Shown here: positions 20,404 to 30,539 of the stretch, piece by piece
Layout: every line of letters begins with the position of its first letter
Position numbering within the stretch: position 1 is the first letter of the stretch
DNA from: Cyanobacteria bacterium J06626_4
GTDB taxonomy: Bacteria > Cyanobacteriota > Cyanobacteriia > Phormidesmidales > Phormidesmidaceae
Assembly (NCBI GenBank): GCA_038523235.1
Contig: JBCBJQ010000009.1
Coordinates: 35,950 to 99,949, forward strand
Direction of reading: 5' to 3'
Length of the DNA: 64,000 bases
Program-made: the position numbers and the translations under genes
Notes under the pieces: model-generated
Databases searched by the model: none
What the model was told of the DNA's origin: nothing
Seen by the model: only the letters and a program-made list of their open reading frames with translations

Positions 20404-21099
20404 ATGAATAAAATTACCTTAAGTTGCCGTCGTGTCATTAGCTTTGTGGCACTCATGCTGGGCACCGGGCTTTTACTGTGGGGTCAACCCTTGCTGGGCA
20501 GCCAGACCGCCATTATCGCGCCGCCGCCGACCGCGATCGCCCCCCGAGAGACGCCGACTCAAGTTCTCGCTGACGCGCCCAGCCTTGACTATGCTGCCGC
20601 CCTGACTGAACTGCAAACCACCCTGAGATTTCAAGACGAACCGCTTAATCCACGAGCCGTCGCCGCGTTGATTCCCTGGCTATCTGACACGTTGCCAGGG
20701 GCGATCGCGGTGGATATTGAGGGCACGACGCCGACCACCAATCAGTTCTACGGCGAACTATCAGAGTTCAGCGATGGGCGCGTGATCGCTGAGTGGACGA
20801 CCGGCGATGAACGTCGGTTTGTTGGCTATCAGTCTGTTGGGGTATTAGACAACGGCACCCATGCTCTGCGCACCTGGGTCAATACCGGTGGTTCGGGGGT
20901 GTTTCCATTTTTGATGCTGGTCAGCTTTGATATCGATACGGAAATTCATGACGGCGAACCCCGGCAGCGCTTGATCATGACCCGACGCGGGGAGTTTGTG
21001 CTAGGCGGCTACGATGGTGAGATTACAATTTCGGGCAATACCGTCACCTTTACCCCAGCGCCCAACGGCGACGCTAGCGTCACCGTCACCGTCGACTAG
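20404..21099 (+). CDS. Hypothetical secreted protein
   Basis: N-terminal signal/TM segment, NTGGSGVF motif. Confidence 0.7.
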   Translation: MNKITLSCRRVISFVALMLGTGLLLWGQPLLGSQTAIIAPPPTAIAPRETPTQVLADAPSLDYAAALTELQTTLRFQDEPLNPRAVAALIPWLSDTLPGAIAVDIEGTTPTTNQFYGELSEFSDGRVIAEWTTGDERRFVGYQSVGVLDNGTHALRTWVNTGGSGVFPFLMLVSFDIDTEIHDGEPRQRLIMTRRGEFVLGGYDGEITISGNTVTFTPAPNGDASVTVTVD

Positions 21100-21124
21100 C
21101 TCCGGATATTCAATCGTTAGGCTA

Positions 21125-21625
21125 TTAAACCGTCGGACGCTCAAATAACGGGCCTTGCGACAGGCGAGCGCGGGCTCGCTGCCCACCAAATCGCTGGGCA
21201 ATAATGTCGTCATAGGTATCGGCGATCGTCACCACCGAGAGAATGCACGTCTGCAACTCCATCAGCGACATCTCTTCGCCGCCCAGCACGCTTTCTGAAA
21301 ACACCACCTGGCCGGCCTCATCCAGGTGAAAGGAGCCAAATCGCATACGGCGATTTTCCGTCAGCAAAAACTGCAGCAATTCGCAGTCCAGAGTGCTGCC
21401 AATCGTGACACAGCTGGTGGCCCTCACCGTCGCCAGATCACCCTCTTGCCAGGGGTGCACCTCCCACGGCAACACCTCCACCTCCACCAGGGCAGAGCCG
21501 TAGAGAATGTCAAACTTGGGACGATCGCCATCAACCCGCAGCGCATTTTGAAACAGCGTCGCCCCTTTGAGGTAGTCAGCCACCTTGTCATAGGTCAGCG
21601 CTTGCACAGAATTGACAAATTGCAT
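21125..21625 (-). CDS. YbjN / T3SS-chaperone-like domain protein
   Basis: YGSALVEVEV.PW, FLL.EN..MRFG.F.LD, ADTYDD.I..RFGG.RA; likely start ATG 21625. Confidence 0.8.
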   Translation of the reverse strand: MQFVNSVQALTYDKVADYLKGATLFQNALRVDGDRPKFDILYGSALVEVEVLPWEVHPWQEGDLATVRATSCVTIGSTLDCELLQFLLTENRRMRFGSFHLDEAGQVVFSESVLGGEEMSLMELQTCILSVVTIADTYDDIIAQRFGGQRARARLSQGPLFERPTV

Positions 21626-21999
21626 AGACAGAAAGGAAAACCAGGGGCAGGGGAGCACAAGGGGGCGGGGCAGACAGAGTTGGTTGCCCTGTTGCAGAGA
21701 ATTGTTAGCCATCCAACCGCCAACCATCACCAGCATAACCAACATCAGCAAGACCAAATATGACCGCAACCAAGCCAACCCAGCACCCCCGCAGAACTAA
21801 ACCCCATCGAACTGGCGGCTCCCTTGGCCCCTCGGCTCCCTAGCTCCCCATTCATGCAATAGCGAGCGATCGCACCAGAATTGAATCCCTAGCTCCCCTG
21901 CCACACCCGCTCCTCAACTTCTTTACAGCCTGCTTAAGGAACACCGACGCTCTGAGCAAAGGTGACTATAGTGAATGGTTGAATGTCGAGCGATCGCCC

Positions 22000-22821
22000 A
22001 TGACCTCACCGACCACTGCCACCCCGCTCAAAGTCTTTGTCTCCTATTCTCATCGCGATGAATCCCACAAAGATGATCTCGTGGTGTTTTTGAAAGCCCT
22101 ACAAAACCTGGGCAAAGTGAGTATTTGGCAAGATCGGGCGATCGATGCTGGGTCAGAATGGAATGCTGAAATCTTGCAGGCGCTAGACAGTGCCGACATC
22201 ATTCTCTTATTAATTACGGCTCGGTTTATTGGCTCCAACTTTTGCTTTAGCAAAGAAATGAACCGGGCGCTCATGCACCACGAACAGCAGACAGCGCGCG
22301 TGATTCCGATCATCATGACGCCCTGCGCCTGGCAGCAAATGCCGTTTGCCAAACTGCAGGTCTTGCCCACCGATGGCAAACCCGTCACCGAATGGAACAG
22401 CCTCGATGCGGGCTTGGATAACGTCATTCAAGGCATTACTCGCGTTGTCAACAAGTTGCACCCCTCCCCTCTACCCCCAGACGACGGTTGGGGCACCCCT
22501 CCCACAGCAGCAGTTACCGATAAAAATGGGCCAGCGGCGTCGCCCGCCTCAGCAGTGACTCCCGCAATGGATGCTGCAGCGCAGCGATCGCCCCAAGACA
22601 ATATGCAAAAGCGATTAGTGCTGTTTCGGCTGTTATCAAACCTACCCGGCCCCACCTTTGACGCCATTGTGTATGCCCTCAACATGCCGCCTTCATTGCT
22701 GCCGCCTGCAGCTGCCGCTCAAGGGCAGCGAGTGCCCGCCCTGCTCAACTGGGCAGAGAGTCCTGTCGGGTGTGGCCTCAGTGAGTTAGAAGCCGTTGTT
22801 GACGCCGTCATCAATCCTTAA
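22000..22821 (+). CDS. TIR domain protein with a C-terminal small helical (EAD-like) domain
   Basis: KVFVSYSHRD, WQDRAIDAGSEW, SNFC..KEM, RVIPII; Pro/Ala linker; ~65-aa C-terminal domain. Confidence 0.88.
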   Translation: MTSPTTATPLKVFVSYSHRDESHKDDLVVFLKALQNLGKVSIWQDRAIDAGSEWNAEILQALDSADIILLLITARFIGSNFCFSKEMNRALMHHEQQTARVIPIIMTPCAWQQMPFAKLQVLPTDGKPVTEWNSLDAGLDNVIQGITRVVNKLHPSPLPPDDGWGTPPTAAVTDKNGPAASPASAVTPAMDAAAQRSPQDNMQKRLVLFRLLSNLPGPTFDAIVYALNMPPSLLPPAAAAQGQRVPALLNWAESPVGCGLSELEAVVDAVINP

Positions 22822-23394
22822 AAAAATCTGGCGCTGCTTGTTTCTGGGATGCATCAATCTTCGAAAGCCCTGGCAAAATCAGGATTCCTTAAAGCCGTCT
22901 ATTGCTTCTCTACGCTGACCGTCCGTAGACCGTGCTCGAGGCCTCTGCCATCACTCGTCATGCGGCCATAGACATCAGATTCAGATGCAGCACAGCGTCT
23001 CGTCCTTTCAACTCGGCCACCCAGGCAATCATCAAGCAGAATCATTTTCAACTCATGGCGAAAAAAGCGCGATCGCCCTCACCCAATTCATCAATTTCAA
23101 TTAATGTGAGGTCCGCATGAGGTCATTAACTGGACACCCTTATGGAAAAAATCTGGTGATCTGCAGCACAACACGGGTACGACATTGTCACATTTCCGCA
23201 CGATCTCGGTTTTCAGCCAGTTCTCAGTTCTCAAAAGGTTTTAAGCTTCGGTGGATTCTCTCAATAGATATGATAGAAGCGATATACTAGTAGCAGGAAT
23301 CACCCAGATCAGCGCATCTTGTACTTAAGTAAATCAAAAAAGTGCGCACTGGCCTCACCCAATATTGACCCGCGAGCACCAGGTAGATTGAGCT

Positions 23395-24042
23395 ATGGAT
23401 AACCAAAAACAGGTGTATTGTCCCAATACCCATATCAACGTAATGGAGTTATTGGTCGCTGAAGAAGTCGACCGGCAGATGGCAGGGCTGCCTGCAAGAC
23501 TCCTCAAATATCTCAAGCGATCAGAAGTTGAAACCTTTGCCCTTAACCGTTTGCCGTCGCTCTACGCCTCTAGCGAACAAGGGTTGCATCATCAACGACA
23601 AAAGGGCCAGCAAACCCTCAAGCCACAAATCGCGGCGGCGGTGCGCCAAGCCTTTGCCGCAGTGCAGAGCGATCCGATTCGGATGTCGCAACCGCTCGCG
23701 ATTAATGCTACTGACGACAATGCCGGGGCTGTTCTCGGTCTGTTGAAACAGTGGATGCAAGACCCTGACCTGACTTGGGATACGGCCTTACACAATCTGC
23801 AAAAGCTACAGCAACGCCGCCAAGGTAAACCACTGACTGCCCGCCCAGCAGCCGTTAAGGCCCGCACCGCCACAGCCTCTGACTCGCAAGAAGCCTATGC
23901 GACGGATGGCAGCGAGCTGCAAAGCACGGCGCTGCGACCGGGCGTGTACGGCTGTCGCGAAGCGTGGATTCCGCCCCACCGGCGATCGCAGGCTTGGGAT
24001 CGCACCCACACCCCCCAACGAAATCGGCGCGCGCAGGCTTAA
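23395..24042 (+). CDS. ComFB family protein
   Basis: NVMELLVAEEV...FALNRLPSLYASS..G motif. Confidence 0.85.
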   Translation: MDNQKQVYCPNTHINVMELLVAEEVDRQMAGLPARLLKYLKRSEVETFALNRLPSLYASSEQGLHHQRQKGQQTLKPQIAAAVRQAFAAVQSDPIRMSQPLAINATDDNAGAVLGLLKQWMQDPDLTWDTALHNLQKLQQRRQGKPLTARPAAVKARTATASDSQEAYATDGSELQSTALRPGVYGCREAWIPPHRRSQAWDRTHTPQRNRRAQA

Positions 24043-24449
24043 GGCAAGCCGCTGACTCGCTCTTTGCCGCCAACCCGCATCCATCAACCACCTGTTGAGC
24101 AAGCCTCAGTTCAATGAACGGCTGCGTCGGTGGCTCGCAGCATCCCCTTCGAGCAGGGTCGAACCCGAAGACCGATAGCGGTCGAAATACAACCTTGAGA
24201 GGTAGATCAAACACCCCCTTCAGCCTTCTGAAATGTTTTGGCCTCACGGCAGTTTGCCATATCCCGATTTTCAGAAACCCGCCCCCCATCTGGCGCCTCG
24301 CCCCCTCAAGGCCCCGGCACTTAACACTCCGACCATGCCTTGGCCTAAGAAATAGCGTCATCTTCCCCGGCCTGTCAATTGGCAGAAGGTGTCACATAAG
24401 CCCCGCAAATGTAGCAGCGATCGCTAGGATAGGATCGCAATTCGGAGTG

Positions 24450-26234
24450 ATGGATACGCAAATGGTTGGTCGGTGTCGATATCTATCCAGGTTCGTAGGT
24501 GCAGCGTTGATGGTCAGCGTCACCATCATCAGTAGCTGTAGCCAACCGCCTCCAAGCGCTTCGGATGCAGCCGAGACCGACGCTGCATCCGTTACCCCCG
24601 CAACCCGCGATCGCACCACCCTAAGGCTACTCTACAGCCAGGTACCGCTCACGCTGAACCCGCATCTGGCCACCGGCATTCAAGATTTTGAGGCGGGTCG
24701 CATTGTCTATGAGCCCTTAGCCACGACGAATGAACGAGGTGAACTCGTGCCCATCTTAGCGGCGGCGATTCCCACCGTTGAAGATGGCAACGTCGCCGTC
24801 GATGGCAAATCGGTCACCTGGCAGCTGCAGCCAGATGTGCAATGGGCCGATGGTGAGCCTTTAACCGCTGAAGATGTGGTGTTTACCTTTGACTTTGTCA
24901 GCAATCCTCAGGTGGGGGCCGCCACCGCGCAATATTATGAAGCCGTCGAGTCAGTCGAAGCCATTGATGAGCTGACCGTCAAAATCACCTTCAAAGACGT
25001 GACAGCAGCCTGGCAGATTCCCTTTACGGGGCAGACGGGCGTCATTCTACCGCAGCATCTCTTGGCTGACGTCGATGACGCCGCAACGCGATCAGCCGAG
25101 GTCAACCAGCAGCCCATCGGCACTGGCCCTTACCAGGTTGCTGATCGTCAGCCAGGGGCGATCGTATTTGAGCCGAATCCCACCTATCGCCACAGCGCCC
25201 CGTTTTTTCAAACCGTAGAACTCGTCGGCGGTCTAGCGCCCTATGCCGCAGCTCGTGAAGTGTTGAGTACGGGGGAGGCCGATTTTGCCCACAATTTGCA
25301 AGTCGAAGTGGCCTTGCTCAAAGACCTGCAACAAGACGGCCAAGGGGTAGTCGATACGGTCTTTGGGGGGCTGGTCGAGCGAGTCATGCTCAACCCTACC
25401 AATCCACTCGCCGAAACGCCTTCTGGCGAGCGCTCCAGCCTCGCCGCTGAACATCCTTTTTTAAACGATCAGCGGGTGCGGCAGGCGATCGCATATGCCA
25501 TCGATCGCGACTCGATTACCGAAGAGCTGTATGGCTTTACCGGCCGCCCCACCGCTCAGCTACTGGTTGCCCCTCGGCCCTACGCCAACCCAGGCACCGT
25601 GCCCTACGAATACAACCTGGAAAAGGCTGAAGCCCTACTTGACGAAGCGGGGTGGCAAGATACCGATGGCGATGGCATTCGCGATCGCGACGGCGTCGAT
25701 ATGACCGTGGTGTTTCAGACATCGGTCAACCCCGTCCGCCAAAAAACCCAAACCCGCATCGAAGAAAACCTACAGACCCTCGGCATTGACGTGGACATTA
25801 AGCGGGTGCGCGTAGACGACTTTTTCTCCGGTGACCCTGAACAGACCAACAGCATCAATCACTTTTATGCGGATCTGCAGGCCTACACCACCGGCAACGA
25901 TCATCCCGACCCCACAATCTATCTCAGCTGGTGGACCTGCAGCCAAATCGCCACCCAAGCGAACCAGTGGCAAGAACCCAACAATGCCCGCTACTGCAAC
26001 ACCGACTATGACGAACTCTGGGAGGCTGCCCAGCAAGAGTTGAATCTCGAAAGACGGGCCGCGCTGTTTCAGGAAATGGATGCGTTGCTGGCGGCAGAAG
26101 TGGCGGTGATTCCCATCGTGCACCGCGCCACCACCAACGGCGTCAGCAAAGATCTGGTGGGTTTAGCACCCACGCCTTGGGATGCCAGCACCTGGGATAT
26201 TGCCCAGTGGCAGCGCACAGCGGCGGCTGAATAA
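24450..26234 (+). CDS. Peptide ABC transporter substrate-binding lipoprotein (family 5), orphan
   Basis: Lipobox ISSC, LNPHL, WADGEPLTAEDVVFT, PIGTGPY, VRQAIAYAIDR. Confidence 0.9.
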   Translation: MDTQMVGRCRYLSRFVGAALMVSVTIISSCSQPPPSASDAAETDAASVTPATRDRTTLRLLYSQVPLTLNPHLATGIQDFEAGRIVYEPLATTNERGELVPILAAAIPTVEDGNVAVDGKSVTWQLQPDVQWADGEPLTAEDVVFTFDFVSNPQVGAATAQYYEAVESVEAIDELTVKITFKDVTAAWQIPFTGQTGVILPQHLLADVDDAATRSAEVNQQPIGTGPYQVADRQPGAIVFEPNPTYRHSAPFFQTVELVGGLAPYAAAREVLSTGEADFAHNLQVEVALLKDLQQDGQGVVDTVFGGLVERVMLNPTNPLAETPSGERSSLAAEHPFLNDQRVRQAIAYAIDRDSITEELYGFTGRPTAQLLVAPRPYANPGTVPYEYNLEKAEALLDEAGWQDTDGDGIRDRDGVDMTVVFQTSVNPVRQKTQTRIEENLQTLGIDVDIKRVRVDDFFSGDPEQTNSINHFYADLQAYTTGNDHPDPTIYLSWWTCSQIATQANQWQEPNNARYCNTDYDELWEAAQQELNLERRAALFQEMDALLAAEVAVIPIVHRATTNGVSKDLVGLAPTPWDASTWDIAQWQRTAAAE

Positions 26235-26271
26235 GAGCCGCCAACCCCCAATCTGACTTTAAAATCGGTGC

Positions 26272-26381
26272 AGAACTTACGCAGTTGTATCCGGTTTTGG
26301 CTCCCTAGGCCCCAATTCTGGGGAAACCGGCTGCAACGTCTCTCAGAATTGGGGGATGCAAGGAGACCATGCATCAGTCCT
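26272..26381. repeat. Degenerate MITE-like repeat with internal ccccaattctgggg / cagaattggggg inverted repeat
   Basis: Ends agaacttacgca and tgcatcagtcct approximate an AGGACTTACGCA-type TIR; internal palindrome. Confidence 0.45.
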
Positions 26382-26680
26382 ACTGGCTTAATCCGCTTGA
26401 GTCGCCCTCGCATCGACAGCGTTAAGGGTCGGCGTAATTAACCACAGACTTTTTGACCACCCGCAGGCATCACCACAACAGTCGTGATCGCAACATCCCA
26501 CATTCACACAAACGAGGCTTTTTCATAAATTTTGGCGGAAGTCAGGCATCTGTTCTGAAGTCAGGGTTGATTTGGGAAAGATGAAAAAGGAATAGTGAGG
26601 GATGTTACCCCAGAGGAAGCGATCGCTCCCCCACTGTTTAGCCACATTGCTGGCATCTTCACCCTTCGACTAGAGCGCTC

Positions 26681-27586
26681 ATGTTTTCGATTTACATTCT
26701 CACCTACAACGAAGAACTCGACATCGCGGCCTGCATTGAGTCCGCCATGCTGTCTGATGACGTGATTGTGGTCGATTCTTGCAGCCGCGATCGCACCGTC
26801 GAAATCGCCTCACAATATCCCGTGCGCGTTGTTGAACATCCTTTCGAAAGCCATGGCAAGCAGCGCACCTGGATGTTGGAAAACATTCCCGCCAAGCATG
26901 AGTGGGCCTACATCTTAGAAGCCGACGAACGTATGACGCCAGAACTTTTTCAAGAGTGCTGCGACGCGATGCAACGGGGCGAGCACGTTGGTTACTACGC
27001 CGCCGAGCGCGTCATGTTTATGGATCGGTGGATTAAGCACAGCACCCAATTTCCGCGCTATCAGTTGCGACTGCTGCAACTCGGCAAAGTTTGGTTTACT
27101 GACTACGGCCACACCGAACGCGAAGTGTGCGACGGCTCAACGGGCCTGTTGCAGGCCACCTATCCCCACTACACCTGCGGCAAAGGCATGAGCCGGTGGA
27201 TTGATAAACACAATCGCTACTCTACTGACGAGGCGAAAGAGACGCTCCGGCAGCTGCAAACAGGCAGCGTTAATTGGCAGCAGCTCTTTTTTGGCAAAAC
27301 GGAAATTGAGCGACGACACGCGCTGAAAGATTTATCCCTGCGACTGCCGCTACGGCCTCTCATCCGGTGGGTGTATATGTATTTCATCCTCGGTGGCTGG
27401 CGCGATGGTGAAGCCGGTTTTGCTTGGTGTACCCTGCAAGGCTTTTACGAGTATCTGATCGTGCTCAAAGTCAAAGAACTCAAACGACAAGCGGCACAGC
27501 CGGCGGTCTCGCCCTTGCCCACGATGACTTCTCCCACCAAGCCAGCATCCACGCCCGTTAATAGCACCCTAGCCGAGCATCGCTAA
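26681..27586 (+). CDS. Glycosyltransferase family 2
   Basis: SIYILTYNEE, VVDSCSRDRT, ILEADE, KHNRYS. Confidence 0.92.
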   Translation: MFSIYILTYNEELDIAACIESAMLSDDVIVVDSCSRDRTVEIASQYPVRVVEHPFESHGKQRTWMLENIPAKHEWAYILEADERMTPELFQECCDAMQRGEHVGYYAAERVMFMDRWIKHSTQFPRYQLRLLQLGKVWFTDYGHTEREVCDGSTGLLQATYPHYTCGKGMSRWIDKHNRYSTDEAKETLRQLQTGSVNWQQLFFGKTEIERRHALKDLSLRLPLRPLIRWVYMYFILGGWRDGEAGFAWCTLQGFYEYLIVLKVKELKRQAAQPAVSPLPTMTSPTKPASTPVNSTLAEHR

Positions 27587-27653
27587 CCCTTTCTTATCGA
27601 AGACCATCAGCGTTACACTCAAGGGCGACCTGCATTGAGAACATAAAGCGCCC

Positions 27654-29045
27654 ATGGCGGTTGACTATGATTTGGTCATTTTGGGAGGCACTCCTGAGGG
27701 TCTCGACGCAGCGGCTCAGGCGGCTCGCTTAGGGGCCAGAGTAGCTCTGATTCGCCAAGGACTCGATGGTCGGCGATCGCCCCTACTGATGCAGGGGCTG
27801 CTACAAACCAACCCTAATGACCCTCTCTCCCCGCCTACCGATAGTCCACTCTCTCCCTGGCAATGGGCAGTTCAACGCGCCATCTTGATTGCCGATACGC
27901 TCACCCAAGATGACTGGCAGCAGCTGATGGTGCAAGGTGTTGACGTCATTGCCGCTAGCGGTCAGATTATCGGCGATCGCCCCCTTAACCTGACGACTCC
28001 GGCCCGCCAACTCACCACACGCGCCCTACTGCTAGCCACCGGCCATACGCCGTCAGTCCCAGATCTGCCAGGCTTATCAGCTGTTGCCTACGACACGCCA
28101 CAGACCTGTTTGCAGCGCGATACCCTGCCGGCATCGGTCATCATTTGGGACAGCGCTCCTTTGGGATTGGCACTAGCTCAAAACTTGCGACGGTGGGGCG
28201 TGGCGGTCACCCTGGTCACCCCGAAACCCCGCCTGCTGCCCGCCGCCGACCCCGAGATATCGCAGTGGCTGGCCGCCCAGCTGCGGGCCGAGGGCATTGA
28301 CTTAAGGTTAAATGCAGACCTTTTAGACGTCACCGCTCAGCCAGAGGGCATCACTGTCAAACTGACCGACGCCCCTATCACTGCCGCATCTCTAGTCGTC
28401 GCCACTCAGCCGGTGGCTAATCTAATGGAACTGGGCCTAAAGGCTGTTTTTCAGGGCGATCGCCCTCTGACAGTCAATGCCTTTTTGCAAACTGAGCATC
28501 CTCGTATTTATGCCTGCGGGGCCGTGCTTGGCGGCGACGACTTGCCGGCGATCGCGCGCCAAGAGGCCCACTGTGCCCTGCACAACGCCTTGTTCTGGAA
28601 TCGCCAACGCATTGACTACAGCACGATTCCCTACGCGTTACCCACTCAACCCACCGTGGCTCAGGTCGGCCTTACCGAACCGCAGGCACGTCAGCGCTAC
28701 AGCGACAGTCAACTGCTGGTTGCCCGGCAGTCCCTTAATCAAAACCCGAAAGCGCAATGGCGAGCCACCACGGGGGGATTTTGCAAACTGCTGGCCCGCC
28801 GCAACGGTCAGTTAATCGGCGCTCACGGCATCGGCCCCGAAGCCACGGAATGGATTCAAACAGTGGCCCTACTCATGGCTCAAAAGACTCCTTGGTGGCG
28901 ATTGACCAACTTTTCAGCCCTGCCCGATAGCTTTACTGAGATCTTGCGGCAAGCAACTCAACAGTGGGAACGCGATCGCTGGCAACCTGGCGGCTGGCGA
29001 TACGACTGGGCCGAAAATTGGAGTAACTGGCGGCGTAGTCGCTAA
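27654..29045 (+). CDS. Pyridine nucleotide-disulfide oxidoreductase family protein (degenerate; mercuric reductase/Lpd-like fold)
   Basis: DYDLVILGG, LLATG, LQT..PRIYACG, AQVGLTE, LIGAH; no CxxxxC. Confidence 0.8.
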   Translation: MAVDYDLVILGGTPEGLDAAAQAARLGARVALIRQGLDGRRSPLLMQGLLQTNPNDPLSPPTDSPLSPWQWAVQRAILIADTLTQDDWQQLMVQGVDVIAASGQIIGDRPLNLTTPARQLTTRALLLATGHTPSVPDLPGLSAVAYDTPQTCLQRDTLPASVIIWDSAPLGLALAQNLRRWGVAVTLVTPKPRLLPAADPEISQWLAAQLRAEGIDLRLNADLLDVTAQPEGITVKLTDAPITAASLVVATQPVANLMELGLKAVFQGDRPLTVNAFLQTEHPRIYACGAVLGGDDLPAIARQEAHCALHNALFWNRQRIDYSTIPYALPTQPTVAQVGLTEPQARQRYSDSQLLVARQSLNQNPKAQWRATTGGFCKLLARRNGQLIGAHGIGPEATEWIQTVALLMAQKTPWWRLTNFSALPDSFTEILRQATQQWERDRWQPGGWRYDWAENWSNWRRSR

Positions 29046-29092
29046 TCATCCTCCTCAGTGAAGCAGACTGGCAGAGCAACTCACTCTCTGGA

Positions 29093-29521
29093 CTAGGGAG
29101 CGATCACCGACTCCGGCTGATCGACCAACAATTGTGAGATCGCCTCAGCCAGCTGAAAGTCCAGCTCGGTCAGCCCACCAGCATCATGGGTGGTCAAGGT
29201 CAGTGCCACCCGGTTGTAAGTAATCAAAATGTCAGGGTGATGGCTCAACGCCTCAGCCGGATCAACCAGCGCATTAACAAAGGCGATCGCCGCCTCAAAA
29301 TCGGCAAACGTCTGTTCATAGAACAAAGATTCCCCATCGGTTGTCCACAGGGGCAAAGTAGCCAGGCGCTGTTGAATTTCGACCTCACTGAGAACAACCG
29401 GCTCTGCTGAAGCTACCTGACGAACCTGATCATGACTGTCCAGCAGCAGCGGCGGCACATCAGCAGGGAAAGGTGGGGTCAACAGAGCCAAGCTGAGCAA
29501 AAGATCCATACAGGCCACCAT
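29093..29521 (-). CDS. Pterin-4-alpha-carbinolamine dehydratase family protein with N-terminal extension
   Basis: HHPDI..YNRV..LTTHDAGGLTELDF. Confidence 0.88.
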   Translation of the reverse strand: MVACMDLLLSLALLTPPFPADVPPLLLDSHDQVRQVASAEPVVLSEVEIQQRLATLPLWTTDGESLFYEQTFADFEAAIAFVNALVDPAEALSHHPDILITYNRVALTLTTHDAGGLTELDFQLAEAISQLLVDQPESVIAP

Positions 29522-29612
29522 TAGAACAGTGATAAACCCCTGCAGTTTCCGGCATTCCTGGTGAGGAGGTCAACCTTTAACGATCCATGCGGTGATGCCC
29601 ACCAAAGCAAAT

Positions 29613-29653
29613 AAGCAAAAGGGGAAGCGGTGTATCATCGCTTCCCCTTGCTT
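29613..29653 (-). terminator. Putative terminator after pstB
   Basis: aaggggaagcgg-tgtat-catcgcttcccctt hairpin with flanking A/T run. Confidence 0.65.
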
Positions 29654-29672
29654 AGCTGTCAGTGGACCGGCA

Positions 29673-30497
29673 TTAGCCAAATCGGCCCGTGACGTAATCG
29701 CGAGTGGCCGTTTCCTTGGGATTCCCGAAAATCTCTTGAGTATTGTTGAACTCGGCGAGATAGCCCACCTTGCCGCCCGACTCAGTTGGCACCGCGTTAA
29801 AGAAGGCTGTCTTGTCTGCCACGCGGGTCGCCTGCTGCATATTGTGCGTCACGATAACGATGGTGTACTTCTCGCGGAGCTCCATCATCAACTCTTCAAT
29901 CTTGAGGGTCGAGATAGGGTCAAGGGCTGAGCAGGGTTCATCCATCAGCACCACTTCAGGATCGACTGCGACGGCCCGCGCAATACAGAGACGCTGCTGC
30001 TGACCACCGGATAAGGAGAAGCCGCTTTCCTGCAGCTTATCTTTCACCTCGTCCCAGAGGACGGCTCGCTTGAGCGATCGTTCGACTAAGGCATCCATCT
30101 CATCGGTACCACCCTTAAAGCCATTAATTCTTGGCCCATAGGCAATGTTGTCGTAAATCGTTTTAGGAAACGGGTTCGGTCGCTGAAACACCATGCCAAT
30201 ACGGCGTCGCACTTCCACTGGGTCAATGTCAGAGTCGTAGAGGTTTTGACCGTGATACAGAATTTTACCCGTGAGGTGAAATACCTCAATCAGGTCATTG
30301 AGTCGATTTAAACAGCGCAGAATGGTGCTTTTACCACATCCTGAAGGACCAATAAAGGACGTGATTTGGTTGCGCGGAATCTCCATCGACACGTCTCGCA
30401 CGGCTTTGTAACTGCCGTAGTAGATGTCACAGTCTTCAATTTTAAAGACGGTACTCGTCTTAGTCTGATTAGTCTGAGCAGCCACTTGTTCCACCAT
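29673..30497 (-). CDS. pstB: Phosphate ABC transporter ATP-binding protein
   Basis: [42 protein letters not shown]. Confidence 0.96.
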   Translation of the reverse strand: MVEQVAAQTNQTKTSTVFKIEDCDIYYGSYKAVRDVSMEIPRNQITSFIGPSGCGKSTILRCLNRLNDLIEVFHLTGKILYHGQNLYDSDIDPVEVRRRIGMVFQRPNPFPKTIYDNIAYGPRINGFKGGTDEMDALVERSLKRAVLWDEVKDKLQESGFSLSGGQQQRLCIARAVAVDPEVVLMDEPCSALDPISTLKIEELMMELREKYTIVIVTHNMQQATRVADKTAFFNAVPTESGGKVGYLAEFNNTQEIFGNPKETATRDYVTGRFG

Positions 30498-30539
30498 GAG
30501 AATTCACTCCCTGTATCACCTGTATCAAAAACGCTCGCG

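Noticed and set aside
23319..23334. tgtacttaagtaaa LexA-like box
   Set aside because: Three mismatches to RGTACNNNDGTWCB and not upstream of a repair gene
24114..24449. N-terminal extension of the peptide-binding protein ORF
   Set aside because: The lipobox position indicates a start near 24450-24462
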